From assembly GCA_037441385.1 (NCBI GenBank), contig JBBISH010000033.1:1-51405 (forward strand): a stretch of DNA of 51,405 bases. Reading direction: 5' to 3'. This DNA comes from Myxococcales bacterium (GTDB lineage Bacteria; Myxococcota_A; UBA9042). Positions within the stretch are counted from its first letter, which is position 1. Every line of letters begins with the position of its first letter. The notes beneath the pieces are model-generated. The model was not told the origin of the DNA, searched no databases, and worked only from the letters and a program-made list of their open reading frames with translations. The position numbers and the translations under genes are program-made. Of this stretch, positions 10,147-18,446 are shown one piece after another.

Positions 10147-11552
10147 GGCGAGTCCGCCAGGCCAAACATGTGGCCGATCGCTTGATGCTTGTTGCGGATC
10201 TCTGCGACCTCGGCTGCCGCGGTGCTGCCGGCTACCAAACCCGCGCCGGCCCAACTGCGCCACTGCGGGTTTTGCCACTCGGCCCCACGGAGCAGGACCG
10301 CAAATTCGCCCTCGCCGTCGCCCGCCGCCGACACCACGCCGGCAAATCCGCCATACCAACCACGTGGTTCGGGCTCCAATTCGGCCAGCGCTGCTACCGC
10401 CGCGGCCCGAGGCAAACCCAAAAGCGCAGGCGTGGGATGCAGGTGCAGCGCGGCCACCAGCGCATCCAAGCCGGGCGGACGGTGGCCACTCAGCGGCGTC
10501 GCCAAGTGGAAAAGAGGCCCGGCTCCGCGGAGTTGCCGTTCCCCCACCTGAACCTCGATGCCCATGTCCTGCAGCGCCCCGTCCAAGTAGTCGACGACGA
10601 GCTGATGCTCGCGCGCCAAGTGATCGGCCACGGGCTCCCCGGGCGAGAGCGTGCCGGCCAGAGCCAAGGTCTCGAGGTGTTCACCGTGCGTGCGAACCAA
10701 CAGTTCTGGCGAGGCACACAGGACGCCCTGCGGGCGACCTCCTAGCAAAGCCGCAGAAAAACTGCAGATCCACGCGCCGCGCTGCTGGGAAAACAGACGA
10801 CTCTCTACCACCTGCGGCTGCAACGGCGCGTCCCACAGCCGCGGCGCGGCCACCACCAGCTTGTCCAGACCCGGCCGCTGCAGGCGCTCTAGGGCGGCCG
10901 CCACCGGAGCCGCACTTGGGGCAGGTTCGGTCGGCTGCAGCAGGGGCGGCGCTGCGTGCGGGGCAGGTCGCAAGCCGCCCAGCAGACGGCGAATCTCGCC
11001 AAGGAAATCCTCTACTTCACTGCGCCTGTCGAGCACGACCGCCACCGCCAACGGCTCGCCGGCAGTCAACCACAGCCGCGGCAACCAGGCCCGCAGCGGC
11101 ACGAACAACTGCCCGGTAGCGTCGCGCTGGGGGAAGCCAGCCACCGCCACGACGTCGCAGTGGACCTGCAGGCCGCTCAACCAGGCATCCACACTGGCCA
11201 ATTGCCCCGCGTCGGGCCGGAGCCGCTCGCCCTGGACATCCAGGTTCAGGCGACTCACTGGGCACAGGTCGGCGCAGCCCAAAGCCCAGCGTTCGCGCCC
11301 ATTTGGAGCACGCCAGGCAAAGCGCCACTCACTGTCCTGTACCGTAACCTGGCCATCATCAAACGGATTCTGTAGATGAGTGCGGCAAACCACGCGCTGC
11401 TCGGGCCGGCGCAGGATGCCCAGCTGCAAGCGAAAGTGCGCGAGCAGGCTGGTCAAATCCGGCCACGATCCATCGCGCGCTGGCACGGCACCAGGCGTTG
11501 GTCCGCTGACGGCCAAGACGGGATCGCGCCCTTCTGCGGTCGCCACGCTCAT
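10143..11552 (-). CDS. menF: Isochorismate synthase (chorismate-binding MST family)
   Basis: DKLVVA, ASPELL, ALAGT, EH, LHPTPA, RGWYGG and AGAGLV...E..E...K. Located between menG and menD with 4-bp overlaps. Confidence 0.85.
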   Translation of the reverse strand: MSVATAEGRDPVLAVSGPTPGAVPARDGSWPDLTSLLAHFRLQLGILRRPEQRVVCRTHLQNPFDDGQVTVQDSEWRFAWRAPNGRERWALGCADLCPVSRLNLDVQGERLRPDAGQLASVDAWLSGLQVHCDVVAVAGFPQRDATGQLFVPLRAWLPRLWLTAGEPLAVAVVLDRRSEVEDFLGEIRRLLGGLRPAPHAAPPLLQPTEPAPSAAPVAAALERLQRPGLDKLVVAAPRLWDAPLQPQVVESRLFSQQRGAWICSFSAALLGGRPQGVLCASPELLVRTHGEHLETLALAGTLSPGEPVADHLAREHQLVVDYLDGALQDMGIEVQVGERQLRGAGPLFHLATPLSGHRPPGLDALVAALHLHPTPALLGLPRAAAVAALAELEPEPRGWYGGFAGVVSAAGDGEGEFAVLLRGAEWQNPQWRSWAGAGLVAGSTAAAEVAEIRNKHQAIGHMFGLADSP

Positions 11553-12316
11553 GCTGGGCCCGCGATCGGAAGGCGAGGCAGGGGAGATGCCACGTGAATA
11601 CAGGACGCTCCAGCAAGAAGCGTGATCAACTCCTGCATCTTCAGTCCCGAACTATCAATAAGCTTTGCAAAATCTTCTGGACTGGGGAACGCCGTCGTCG
11701 ACTGCTGCAAGTAGCGGTACTCGCGCGGCGCGCCGGACAGCAACCCACCCAGCAGCGGCACCAGCACGCGCATGTGGAGCTTGGCGCCCAGACCCAGCAG
11801 GCCCCGCGGCTCGCTCGTCTCCAAAATCGCCACGCGGGCACCAGGCTTGAGCACCCGCGCCATCTCGGCCAGGGCCCGCGGCCGGTCGACCACGTTGCGA
11901 ATGCCATAGCCCATGGTGATGCCGTCGAAGCTCTGATCAGCAAAGGGCAATTGGCAGGCATCACCCTGCACCAGCTCTACGCGGTCCGCAAGGCCGCGCG
12001 CGGCGACTTTGTCGCGCCCCACCGCCAACATGCCGGCCGACGGATCCAAGCCAACTACGGTGCACTGCGGGATGCGGTCGGCGACCATCAGCGCCAAATC
12101 CCCAGTCCCAGTCGCCAGATCCAGGATACGGGCGCCCGGTTTTGCCTGCAACGCGTCCACGGTGCGCCGCCGCCAACGTTGGTCGATGCCAAACGTCATC
12201 AAGCGATTCATCAGGTCGTAGCGCGCGGCGATGCCATCGAACATGGCGCCGCTGCCGCCGGCTACACCGGTCGCGGCCAGGGGTTGCCCAACCGGGCTGT
12301 TGGCTGAGTGGGTCAC
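11549..12316 (-). CDS. menG: Demethylmenaquinone methyltransferase (UbiE/MenG)
   Basis: MFDGIAARYDLMNRLMTFGIDQRWRR, SAM motif LDLATGTGD, YGIRNV, RVLKPG and YRYL. Confidence 0.93.
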   Translation of the reverse strand: MTHSANSPVGQPLAATGVAGGSGAMFDGIAARYDLMNRLMTFGIDQRWRRRTVDALQAKPGARILDLATGTGDLALMVADRIPQCTVVGLDPSAGMLAVGRDKVAARGLADRVELVQGDACQLPFADQSFDGITMGYGIRNVVDRPRALAEMARVLKPGARVAILETSEPRGLLGLGAKLHMRVLVPLLGGLLSGAPREYRYLQQSTTAFPSPEDFAKLIDSSGLKMQELITLLAGASCIHVASPLPRLPIAGPA

Positions 12317-12393
12317 GGGGTCCGCCTTGTCCTGTCGAAGCGATGGGATCGCACACCGCTAGTTGGCGCGCCAAGAAAACCTTGAGCCCACGG

Positions 12394-14577
12394 TCATGCC
12401 GCGCCGCCGCGCTTGCCGTGGCCCACGTCGGCCTTGCGAGCGTGCAAGCGCATGTGCCCCTGCTGGATGCCTTCGCCGGCCAACGCCCGCAGTGCCGCCA
12501 AATTCGAGGCCAACCCCACTGCCGCCATCACCACGGCCAGCTCGCGGGCGCTGCCGGTCTGGATGATCTCCATCGCCGTGCGCACGCCCGGATGCGCCTG
12601 GGTCGATCCACCGACAGTGCCAATCGCCAAGGGCAGTTCCATGCTGCCGTGCAGGCCCGCCTCCGTGCGCCGCCAGGTCGCCAGCGGCCGGTAGTCCGCG
12701 CCCAAGCCAGCAAACGAGTGCGCCCCGGCCTCGATGGCGCGCCAGTCCTGTCCCAGCGCCACCGCGACCGCGTCGATGCCGTTCAAGATGCCTTTGTTGT
12801 GCGTCGAAGCGCGGAAGGGATCCAGCTCGGCAAAGCGACTGGCGCGGGCGATGCCGTCGGCCAACCGCTCGCCCCCCAAGAAATCACTGCCCACATCGCA
12901 CTCAACGTGGCAGATGCGCCGCAGCGGCGTGTTCGACAGGATGCGTAGGCCAATGTCGCCACCGACCCACTCGCGCATCAGCGGCGCCACGTGCTCGGCT
13001 ACCGTATCGACCACGTTGGCGCCCATGGCGTCGCCCACGTCGACATACAGGTGCACCACCATGATGCCGATTTCGGTGTCGAGCACCCGCGCGTCCAGGT
13101 CCAAGCAACCGCCGCCGCGGGCCACCATGCGCGGAATGGCCGCGTTGGCCACCGCGATGATCTCGTCGCGCCGCCGCTCGATGGTGGCCACGGCCTCTTC
13201 CACCTGGGGTACGTGGTCGAACTGCACCTGCGCGGTCATCACGCTGGCGGTGGCATCGCCGCGGAAGCCGCCCGTAGCCCGCACCATGCGCGCCGCGTTG
13301 CTGGCCGCAGCGACCACGCTTGGCTCTTCCACCACCATCGGCACGATGTAGTCGCGGCCATTGACACGGAAATTGAGGCCCAGCGCCATCGGCAGCGAAA
13401 ACGTCGACACTACGTTCTCGCTCATCTTGTCGGCGATGGCGATGTCCAAGGTGCCGCTCCGCAGGTACTTCTGCGACTCGGGCGAGAGGCCCAGTTGCAT
13501 GGCCACCTGCCGGCACCGCTCGGCCACCGACTTCTTGTAGAACTCGGGATAACGACTGGTGTACGGCGGCAACTCCTGCGGCCGCGGCACCGGCACGTCC
13601 AGGCCCAGTTGGTGCCCCAGATCGGCCAACTGCTCGGGCAATAGCGCTTGCGGACCGTCGCTTTTGGCGCGCGCCGGATCCGGGTGCACTTCGACCAGCA
13701 CCACATCGGCCCCCGCGGCCTTGCCCGCCAGCGCCAGCGGCACCACCAGATCGCGCCGCCCGGCCGCGTGCGACGGATCGACCGCCACGGGCATGTGCAG
13801 CGCATGATGCAGCAGGGCCACGGCACCCAAATCCAGCGTGTTGCGCGTCTCGGCGCCGATGCCCGCCACGCCGCGCTCGCAGAACATCACCCACGGGCAG
13901 CCGTGCACTAGCAAGTGCTCGCCCGCGCAAAGCCATTCCTCTACCGACGCGCCGCGGCCGCGCTTGAGCAACACGACCTTGCCCGTGCGCCCTACAGCGC
14001 CCAGCAGCGCGAAATTCTGCATGTTGCGCGAGCCGATTTGGATCACATCGGCAAAGGCGGCCACGGCCTCGACGTGCATCTCGCTCATCGCCTCGGTCAC
14101 CACGCCCAAACGCTGCTCGGCCGCGGCGTCGGCCAGCCACTGCAGCGCGGGTGTCCCGGCTCCGGCAAAACTGTAAGGCGACGTGCGAGGTTTGTAGGCG
14201 CCACCCCGCAGCAGTCGCGCGCCAACGGACGCCACCAGCTTGGCGGTCTCGCGAATTTGCTGCTGGGATTCCACGGCACAAGGGCCTGCAATTAGAACCG
14301 TTTCGCGGCCCAGCTCGACGAGGCCACCGGCGCGCGTGTGCAGCGACCACGTGCGCGGCATCGCGTCGACCCGCGGGTGCGCCGACTTGGGCTCGCGAAT
14401 CGCCGCCACACCGGGAATCGAACGAATGAGCGCGTGGGGCACCCGCGACGAGTGCGCCTCGACCTCGAGCAGCCCTGGTCCTTCCTCGCCGGTCAGCGGC
14501 CGCGTCCACAGGCCAAGCCCTTGCAGCGCGGCGGCGACGGCAGGCGTGTCGGCATCAGGGGCAAGTACGATGATCAT
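12394..14577 (-). CDS. Fusion protein: type I-beta DAHP synthase (N-terminal, ~14577-13600) plus class II HMG-CoA reductase (C-terminal, ~13560-12394)
   Basis: Single uninterrupted ORF. DAHPS motifs: IAGPCAVES, RGGAYKPRTSPYSF, IGSRNMQNF, LKRG, CERG, DPSH, EVH, SDGPQ. HMGR motifs: SENVV, EEPSVVAAAS, GDAMGAN, THNKGILNG, GQDWRAIEAGAH, GTVGGST, GIQQGHMRLH. Confidence 0.92.
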   Translation of the reverse strand: MIIVLAPDADTPAVAAALQGLGLWTRPLTGEEGPGLLEVEAHSSRVPHALIRSIPGVAAIREPKSAHPRVDAMPRTWSLHTRAGGLVELGRETVLIAGPCAVESQQQIRETAKLVASVGARLLRGGAYKPRTSPYSFAGAGTPALQWLADAAAEQRLGVVTEAMSEMHVEAVAAFADVIQIGSRNMQNFALLGAVGRTGKVVLLKRGRGASVEEWLCAGEHLLVHGCPWVMFCERGVAGIGAETRNTLDLGAVALLHHALHMPVAVDPSHAAGRRDLVVPLALAGKAAGADVVLVEVHPDPARAKSDGPQALLPEQLADLGHQLGLDVPVPRPQELPPYTSRYPEFYKKSVAERCRQVAMQLGLSPESQKYLRSGTLDIAIADKMSENVVSTFSLPMALGLNFRVNGRDYIVPMVVEEPSVVAAASNAARMVRATGGFRGDATASVMTAQVQFDHVPQVEEAVATIERRRDEIIAVANAAIPRMVARGGGCLDLDARVLDTEIGIMVVHLYVDVGDAMGANVVDTVAEHVAPLMREWVGGDIGLRILSNTPLRRICHVECDVGSDFLGGERLADGIARASRFAELDPFRASTHNKGILNGIDAVAVALGQDWRAIEAGAHSFAGLGADYRPLATWRRTEAGLHGSMELPLAIGTVGGSTQAHPGVRTAMEIIQTGSARELAVVMAAVGLASNLAALRALAGEGIQQGHMRLHARKADVGHGKRGGAA

Positions 14578-14664
14578 GCAACCTCGGAACTCGCGCGGCA
14601 CCGCGTGCCGCTGGACCAGTGTTGGATGCGCGCCACAGGCCCGACCACCCGGGCCCGCGCCATC

Positions 14665-15807
14665 CTACGCGTGTCGCGTGGCCAGCGCATCTGCAATCGC
14701 GCGCAGGGCTTCGCGCTGGGCCGACTCGGGCAGTTGGTTCAAGGCGTCTTGCGCCTGCTGCAGCCGGGCGGCAGCCACGGCCCTTGCGGTGGCCAGGGCT
14801 CCGCTCTGCCGCACGCCCGCCACGATGGCCGCCACGGTGGGGCCTTCGGGCTGTTGGCCGGCCAGGGTGGCACTGCGCACAGCGGCTACGGCTGGCCGCA
14901 ACTCGGGATGTTGCCGCAAGGTTAGGGCCAAGGGCAGGGTGATCTTGCCCTCTTTCAGGTCGGCCAAAAGCGACTTGCCGGTCGCGGCTGGCGCGCCTTC
15001 AAAGTCCAGCACATCGTCGACCAGCTGGAAGGCCATGCCCAATTCGCTGCCAAACTGCACCAGCGCCGCCGTGGTGTCCACCGAACAGCCGCCTGCCACC
15101 GCGCCGGCCCGCAGAGCAAACCGGAACAGCGAGGCAGTCTTGCCGTCGATGACGCGGTAGTAGCCGTCGGTATCTTCCGCCAGGTTCTTCGCCCGCTCGC
15201 CCTGATCCACCTCAGCCAGAATCAGGGCTTCCACCGTGTTCAACGCCTCGGTCACCAGCGGCGCGTGCCCAGTGGCCACGATGCGACGCAGCGCTTCGAC
15301 CAACAGCCAATCGCCTGCAAAAATTGAAACTTCGTTGCCGTGCATCGCCCGCGCCGTGGCTTGGCCGCGCCGCGTCTCGGCCAGGTCCACCACGTCGTCG
15401 TGCAAGAGCGTCGCCGCGTGCACCAGCTCCACGGCCACCGCCAGGTTGCGCGCGTTGGCATGGGCGGCGGCGTCTTGGCGCGGCCCAAAACGACTGGCCA
15501 ACAGAGTACACAGCGGCCGCAACCGCTTGCCGCCCGCTGCTAGAATGTGCCAGCCCGCCCGCTGCGCCAGGTTTGCGCCGGTGGTCTGCAGCAACGCCTG
15601 CTCTACGCCCAGCAAGTCGCCCGACAGCCAGGCCTGCAATTCGCCTAGCTTTGCCGCCAGGTCGCCGTGCTCGTGCTCGCTGGCCTGGGCCGCCAAGCGC
15701 GGCAGGGGCGTGCTGTGGGGTCGGGTCGCCGTGCCATCGGCGTGCGGCGTGGTCTCGCAGCTCGCATCGTAGGGGGCGGTCACGTTGTTCAACGCTTCTG
15801 CGGGCAT
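14665..15807 (-). CDS. Long-chain trans-polyprenyl diphosphate synthase (IspB/HepT-like)
   Basis: GGKRLRP, first Asp-rich motif LLHDDVVD...RRG with a small residue (Ala) at -5, GKTA, and second motif FQLVDDVLD. Start placed at ATG 15807; 15831 is also possible. Confidence 0.92.
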   Translation of the reverse strand: MPAEALNNVTAPYDASCETTPHADGTATRPHSTPLPRLAAQASEHEHGDLAAKLGELQAWLSGDLLGVEQALLQTTGANLAQRAGWHILAAGGKRLRPLCTLLASRFGPRQDAAAHANARNLAVAVELVHAATLLHDDVVDLAETRRGQATARAMHGNEVSIFAGDWLLVEALRRIVATGHAPLVTEALNTVEALILAEVDQGERAKNLAEDTDGYYRVIDGKTASLFRFALRAGAVAGGCSVDTTAALVQFGSELGMAFQLVDDVLDFEGAPAATGKSLLADLKEGKITLPLALTLRQHPELRPAVAAVRSATLAGQQPEGPTVAAIVAGVRQSGALATARAVAAARLQQAQDALNQLPESAQREALRAIADALATRHA

Positions 15808-15854
15808 GGATGGGCCTCGCTGGGTTCGCATGGGCAAAGAGGGGAACAGAGAGG

Positions 15855-15886
15855 GTGGCGACGAAATTTCACTCGCCACTGAAATT
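15855..15886. promoter_or_regulatory. Two overlapping inverted repeats upstream of the quinone operon (candidate operator)
   Basis: AATTTCA-N8-TGAAATT (15865-15886) overlaps GTGGCGA-N11-TCGCCAC (15855-15879). Confidence 0.3.
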
Positions 15887-15947
15887 ATCGACGGCGACGG
15901 CGGCCGCGTCAAGCACGAGCCGGCAAATCCCTTTGCGATGGCGGCAA

Positions 15948-16808
15948 CTATCGCCGCGCCGCCGCAAAAACCTTTTGCAGGGTCAACGGGATCGGGCCGG
16001 CATAGCTCGGTCCGCCCAAGAGCTCGTCGGCCAATCCGTCGACCGCCACCCGTTCGGCCTCGCTCCAACCGCGGCAATCATCCCGCACCTGCAGAAGACT
16101 GTTGCGCGCCTGATGGGCAACATTCATCAGCCGACGCGCGGTGTTGGCCATGCGCCCCACCTGATAGGACAGGGTCGGGTTCTTGCGCCACGCCAGTTCT
16201 TTCACCGCGTCGGCCAGCTCGCTTTGCAAGGTGCCCAGGGTGACGAACAGATCTTCGATGCCATTCGCCGGCGGCTCGGGCGTAGCGACGACCGCCCGCA
16301 GTTGCTCGGCCACCATCTCGGTCGCCAGCCGCTCTTTGCGTTGAAAGATACGCACATACATGAGCAACGACACCACGCCGTTGACCGCCACCGCCGCTGT
16401 CCCACCCACGGCCACCGAGCTGAGCCGCACCAGCAACGTGTCCACGGGCGTCCCGCGCGGGATGAGGAGCAGGTAGATCGCCGTAAAGGCCGCCACCTGA
16501 TAGCCAGCGCCAAAACCCAGCGCGATCGTGAGCCAAACGGCAAGCCCCACGCCCAGCGACAGTTCCAGCGCAAAGGGCAGGCCCATCCACGCGAACAGCG
16601 CCGCCACCGCGCCGCCAATCAGCGAGCCCAGCACCTGATCGCGCGCCCGCCTCAGGCCCGACAGGATGATCGGAGAGGTGCAGATGACGGCCACGAAAGC
16701 CGCCGAAACGGCGTCGGGGTTGTGGAGGGCCGTCACGCCTGCCCAGCCCAGCACTGCCGACGCGGCGGCCTTGCCGGCAAGGAACCGGTGATCTACGAGC
16801 GAATTCAT
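15948..16808 (-). CDS. Aromatic acid exporter/FUSC-like membrane protein
   Basis: About five N-terminal hydrophobic helices with GKAAAS...SAAFVAVIC..P....GLRRARDQVLGSLIGG, followed by a helical soluble C-terminus. Confidence 0.65.
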   Translation of the reverse strand: MNSLVDHRFLAGKAAASAVLGWAGVTALHNPDAVSAAFVAVICTSPIILSGLRRARDQVLGSLIGGAVAALFAWMGLPFALELSLGVGLAVWLTIALGFGAGYQVAAFTAIYLLLIPRGTPVDTLLVRLSSVAVGGTAAVAVNGVVSLLMYVRIFQRKERLATEMVAEQLRAVVATPEPPANGIEDLFVTLGTLQSELADAVKELAWRKNPTLSYQVGRMANTARRLMNVAHQARNSLLQVRDDCRGWSEAERVAVDGLADELLGGPSYAGPIPLTLQKVFAAARR

Positions 16809-16823
16809 GGATATTTCCCCGAG

Positions 16824-17609
16824 CTACTGCAGCAGCTGGGTATTGTTGGCAAGGTAGGTAATGAGGTAGTCCCAGACGAAGATGCCGATGGCCGAGGTCA
16901 CGACGCAGTTGTTGACCGCCCGACCCACGCCCGCCGCGCCGCCCGAGACGCTGAGGCCATAGTAGCAGGAAACCACGCTGATCGAGGCGCCAAAGCTGGT
17001 CCCCTTGATCAGGCCGATGATGTACTCGTCGAGCAGGTGCGACTCAAAAACCCCTTGGAAGAACACGCGATAATCGACCTCTAGGATGAATTGCGAGGTC
17101 AGCGCGCCGCCCACCAGCGCGAACAGGTCGCCCAGCGCCGTCAGCAGCAGGAGCATCAGCACCATCGACACAAAGCGCGGCACCACCAGGTGGTGGATCG
17201 GATCGATGGCCAGGGCGCGCAAGGCGTCGATCTGCTCGGTCACCTTCATGGTGCCCAGTTCGGCCGTGTTGTTGGCGCCCACGCGACCCGAGAACATCAG
17301 GCCAATCAGCACCGGGCCGATCTCGGCGAGCACGGCGTAGCCCGCGCCCCAGCCCAACAGGCCGGTCGCTCCCGTCTGCTTCACGTAGCCGCCGCTTTGG
17401 ATCACCATGATCGCGCCCGTGAAAATCGCGGTCATGATCACGATCGGGTAGCTCTTGACGCCGACCTTGTACAGGTTCAGCCAGGTCTCGTCGCGGTCGA
17501 AGCGCGGCGGGATCATCGCACGGAAAATCCGCAGCATCTGCAAAGTGATGCCGCCAACCGTCTCCGAGACGCCCAAGACGCTGCTGCCGATGGCCCGCAA
17601 GGGATTCAC
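16824..17609 (-). CDS. mlaE: MlaE-family ABC permease
   Basis: EIGPVLIGLMFSGRVGANNTAELGTMKVTEQIDALRALAIDP...VVPR and GGAAGVGRAV. GTG start with AGGAG upstream. Confidence 0.92.
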   Translation of the reverse strand: MNPLRAIGSSVLGVSETVGGITLQMLRIFRAMIPPRFDRDETWLNLYKVGVKSYPIVIMTAIFTGAIMVIQSGGYVKQTGATGLLGWGAGYAVLAEIGPVLIGLMFSGRVGANNTAELGTMKVTEQIDALRALAIDPIHHLVVPRFVSMVLMLLLLTALGDLFALVGGALTSQFILEVDYRVFFQGVFESHLLDEYIIGLIKGTSFGASISVVSCYYGLSVSGGAAGVGRAVNNCVVTSAIGIFVWDYLITYLANNTQLLQ

Positions 17610-17663
17610 GTAAAGACTACTCCTACCAATCCATTGACTATACGAACATTATCTCTTTGATAA

Positions 17664-18446
17664 CTAATGGTGCTGCACATCCTTGTCGCGCTGGAAGAAT
17701 TCGTGAACGATCTCGTCCTTGCTGGCCAGCGCATCCTCGGCGGTGCCGGCAAAATGGGTCCGCGACTGATACAGCAGCACGTAGCGGTCGCACGCGGCGC
17801 GCATGCGGTCGATGTCGTGCGAAATCACCAGGCAGGTCGAGTTGCGCTGCGCCTGGGTTTTGCGAATGAGATTGAAGATTTTCGACGACGTCACCGGGTC
17901 CAGACCGGCCGTAGGATCGTCAAAGAAGATCAGCTCGGGATCATTGATGTTGGCCCGCGCCAGGCCCACGCGCTTCTTCATGCCGCCCGACAGCTCGCCA
18001 GGCATCAGGTGCCGCACCTTGGGCAAGTCCACTTCGGACAAGCGCTCTTGCACCTTGGTCACCACTTCCTCGTCCGAAAAGCCGCCGCGCTGGCGCATCG
18101 GGAAGGCCACGTTGTCGCCCACCGTCATGAAGTCAAACAGCGCGTAGTTCTGGAAGACGAGCCCCACGCGCTCGCGGAGTTTTTGCTTGGCCTGCTCGGG
18201 GATGGCGGCCAGATCGTAGCCCAGCAGCTCGATGCGGCCGGCGTCGGGCTCCATCAGGCCGCAACACAGCTTGACAAATACGCTTTTGCCCACGCCACCC
18301 GGGCCGATCAACCCCACGACCTCGCCCGCGCGCATCTCGAAGTCCAGGCCGTCAAAGACGCAGACCTCGCCGAACCACTTGACCAGGCCGGTGATCCGCA
18401 ACACAACTTCGCCAAATTGCTTGGCGTTTTCGGGCGCTGCACTCAT
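17664..18446 (-). CDS. mlaF: MlaF-family ABC ATP-binding protein
   Basis: Walker A GPGGVGKS, Q-loop VFQNYALFD, signature LSGGMKKRVGLARA, Walker B IFFDDPTAGLDP and H-loop ISHD. ATG at 18446 overlaps the upstream stop (ATGA). Confidence 0.88.
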   Translation of the reverse strand: MSAAPENAKQFGEVVLRITGLVKWFGEVCVFDGLDFEMRAGEVVGLIGPGGVGKSVFVKLCCGLMEPDAGRIELLGYDLAAIPEQAKQKLRERVGLVFQNYALFDFMTVGDNVAFPMRQRGGFSDEEVVTKVQERLSEVDLPKVRHLMPGELSGGMKKRVGLARANINDPELIFFDDPTAGLDPVTSSKIFNLIRKTQAQRNSTCLVISHDIDRMRAACDRYVLLYQSRTHFAGTAEDALASKDEIVHEFFQRDKDVQHH

